Below, one piece after another: positions 61,785 through 64,000 of a DNA stretch of 64,000 nt. Within the stretch, counting starts at the first letter, position 1, and each line of letters begins with the position of its first letter. A model generated the notes under the pieces. That model saw nothing but the letters and a program-made list of their open reading frames with translations, was not told where the DNA came from and searched no databases. The position numbers were made by a program, and so were the translations under genes. Source of the stretch: Hamiltosporidium tvaerminnensis FI-OER-3-3 (lineage: Eukaryota > Fungi > Microsporidia); NCBI GenBank assembly GCA_022605425.2, contig CM061255.1, forward strand, positions 186,001 to 250,000, read 5' to 3'.

Positions 61785-64000
61785 TCAAAGCCAATAAAGC
61801 GGCGATAATTTAATTTCAAAGCATTCTAAGCGGTTAAAAGTTTTAAAAAACTGACTTATATCAAAATAGTTCTCATCTTTTTGATATAATATTTTTAATC
61901 TAACTAAGCTTTGTCTTATAACTTCATTACATAAATTATAATATATTTTAGACAAATTATTCTTTGTATTAATCAATATCAAATATTGTATTCTTAAAGT
62001 AGAAATATATTTAATATCATCTTCGCCGATGTCAGAATTTTCAATATGAATGCATTCTATAATTTTTTCAGCGGAAAAAGTGCCCAATATTAATTCAAAT
62101 TTAGAAAATAATGAGCAATTTCGAAGGTGTAAACTCTTTAAATTCCGAATGATATTAAATATTTGATATTCACCGGACGCAAATGTGTAATGATATATTT
62201 TCAAAGTCTTGATAGTTTCAGAGAGATTTGTTTGATATAATTGTTCCAAAGAATTCAAAGGAATTTCAAAATTTCCGAGATCCAAAGTTTCAAGATTCTT
62301 AAAATCTAAAAGCATTGGAAGCATATTCGGAAGTTTACACGAAGAGCTTAAGCTAAGTTATTTTAGAGCATTAGTTATTTTTGGTGCGATAGAATTCAAA
62401 AAAATCTCTTCCAATGCTGGATCAACAGTTATCTTCAAGCCTACCAGTTCATTAATATTACTTAAAACTTTTAAAAAAGAACCTGTAATAAAAAAACAAG
62501 AATTCTGAATATTAACATACCTTAATGTTTTCAAAAATTTGAGTTCTGATTCATATTCTTTGAAATACACAAACCATTTATTCTTATTCATTGTTATATG
62601 TTCTAAACATGAGAATTTCGAGAAAAAAAATACGAAGTTCGCATTTATTTTAAAGTTACAAATATCAAGAATTTTGCAGCTTTTAAAAATAGAATGTTCG
62701 GAAGTGCACCTCTGAAAGTTAAGACCCAGTATTTTTAAGTTAAATAAAACATTTTTTTTAGCTTTCATGTTCAAAATTTGTTCTAATTTCGCTATATTGA
62801 AACCCATGTTTCTGTGAACTACTTCTTCTGAGTTTTCTATTATATTCTTTGAATTAATATAATTATCTATTATATCTCTGTATATTATATCATAAAAACT
62901 AGTGGAAAATATATATATGTAATATTATCACATTTTAACTGACTATATTTGTTTGATATTATCGATGAATTTTCCATAATTTCAATATTCTTCATAATAA
63001 CATTTTTTAAATATTTATGATAAATACTAGTTTTAAAAAGAAATATATTTAGTTATGAAGCAACATAGACTACTTGAATCAATATTTTCGTTATAAGAAT
63101 CAAAAGTATCTGTATTGGGAAATGATATATTGGAAACGTTTGATTTAGAATATTTAGTAAATATAAAATCTTTATGTTGCTTAGTGCCAATAACATTATA
63201 AATAAATTTTTCAAGCAATTGTCATTACAAAATTCAAGTAAAAATATAATTCTGGTTTTATCAAGATATAGCTCATATGACTCAAAATGTTTTAAAGCTG
63301 CGTTTTATTGAGTATTTTCATGTAAATAATTTATTTCTAAATGTATATCTTTTTCGTTGAAAGCCATAATTATATTTTGATTTTGTAAAAGCCGCTTTAA
63401 AAGACGCAAGAAGAATATATTATTGAAACCATTGCCGGATTCATCGAAATAGTCTTTAAATTCTGACATTTCACCCTCATCAGATATCCCGTATTTAACT
63501 AAGGATACAATACATGAATAATATTTATTAATTTCCGAATCTACAATACCTTCATATACCCTATACACGGCCAGAGATCTAATAATAAAGTTATAAATCG
63601 GATCAATTTTGGAATCTAGAATACCCATAATCCTTCTACCATTAGGATATGATTTAAAAACAAAGTTATAGCAGGTATCAATATCAGAGCCTAAAAATGC
63701 AAAAAAAATTATAAATTATTATATGCTGATATATGCTTAATTCTTTTATAAATTTTTTACTCAGAAGATTTGTTTGTGCTTATAAATACCAAAAAACAGT
63801 CCATCGGAATTATTTGATCCAAATATATTGGTCCTCGTCGAAAATGTAAATTTGTAAAAGGGTAATTAAAAAACCAGAAACTATCACACAACCTCTTTTC
63901 GTTAATAAATTATAACACAATTACATCTTTATATTGCATGACAGAATTTTCTACATCACAGATATTATTTTGTATTTGGTCTTCATCAAATTTATAAATA
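61785..64000 (-). pseudogene. Fragmented leucine-rich-repeat protein gene (microsporidian LRR family)
   Basis: Same-strand ORF pieces 63305-63628, 63033-63218, 62358-62807 and 61785-62324 carry LxxLxL motifs (FKNLETLDLGN, NLKSLHLRNC, TLRYVNIQNS, SCLEHITMNKN). The 5' end probably lies beyond the window. Confidence 0.7.

Overview
AT-rich, gene-sparse eukaryotic DNA from a microsporidian. Evidence: apparently intronless genes, a CCC motif just before most ATGs, mitosomal-type Isu1 and compact divergent housekeeping genes. The low gene density and repeat content fit a large-genome species such as Hamiltosporidium; this is an inference from recalled similarity, not a search. Housekeeping genes: ISU1, two near-identical Sm-fold genes, proteasome alpha7 (PRE10), DEAD-box helicase DBP4/DDX10, a Vps1/Dnm1 dynamin and DSK2/ubiquilin. 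These are interspersed with lineage-specific secreted and membrane paralogue pairs, a broken LRR gene, a Tc1/IS630 transposon relic, an RLE-type LINE fragment and a short bipartite RTE element that looks arthropod-like. The most notable unexplained signal is a ~700-nt non-coding element present in at least 5-6 diverged copies (about 2165-2850 +, 10722-11428 +, 19215-19760 +, 26951-27237 +, 36614-37330 -, 52041-52340 +). Its copies keep base-paired stems through compensatory and G-U changes, making it a candidate multi-copy large structured ncRNA family. Several one-base frameshifts in short homopolymers and a ~950-bp poly-T tract suggest residual assembly errors.
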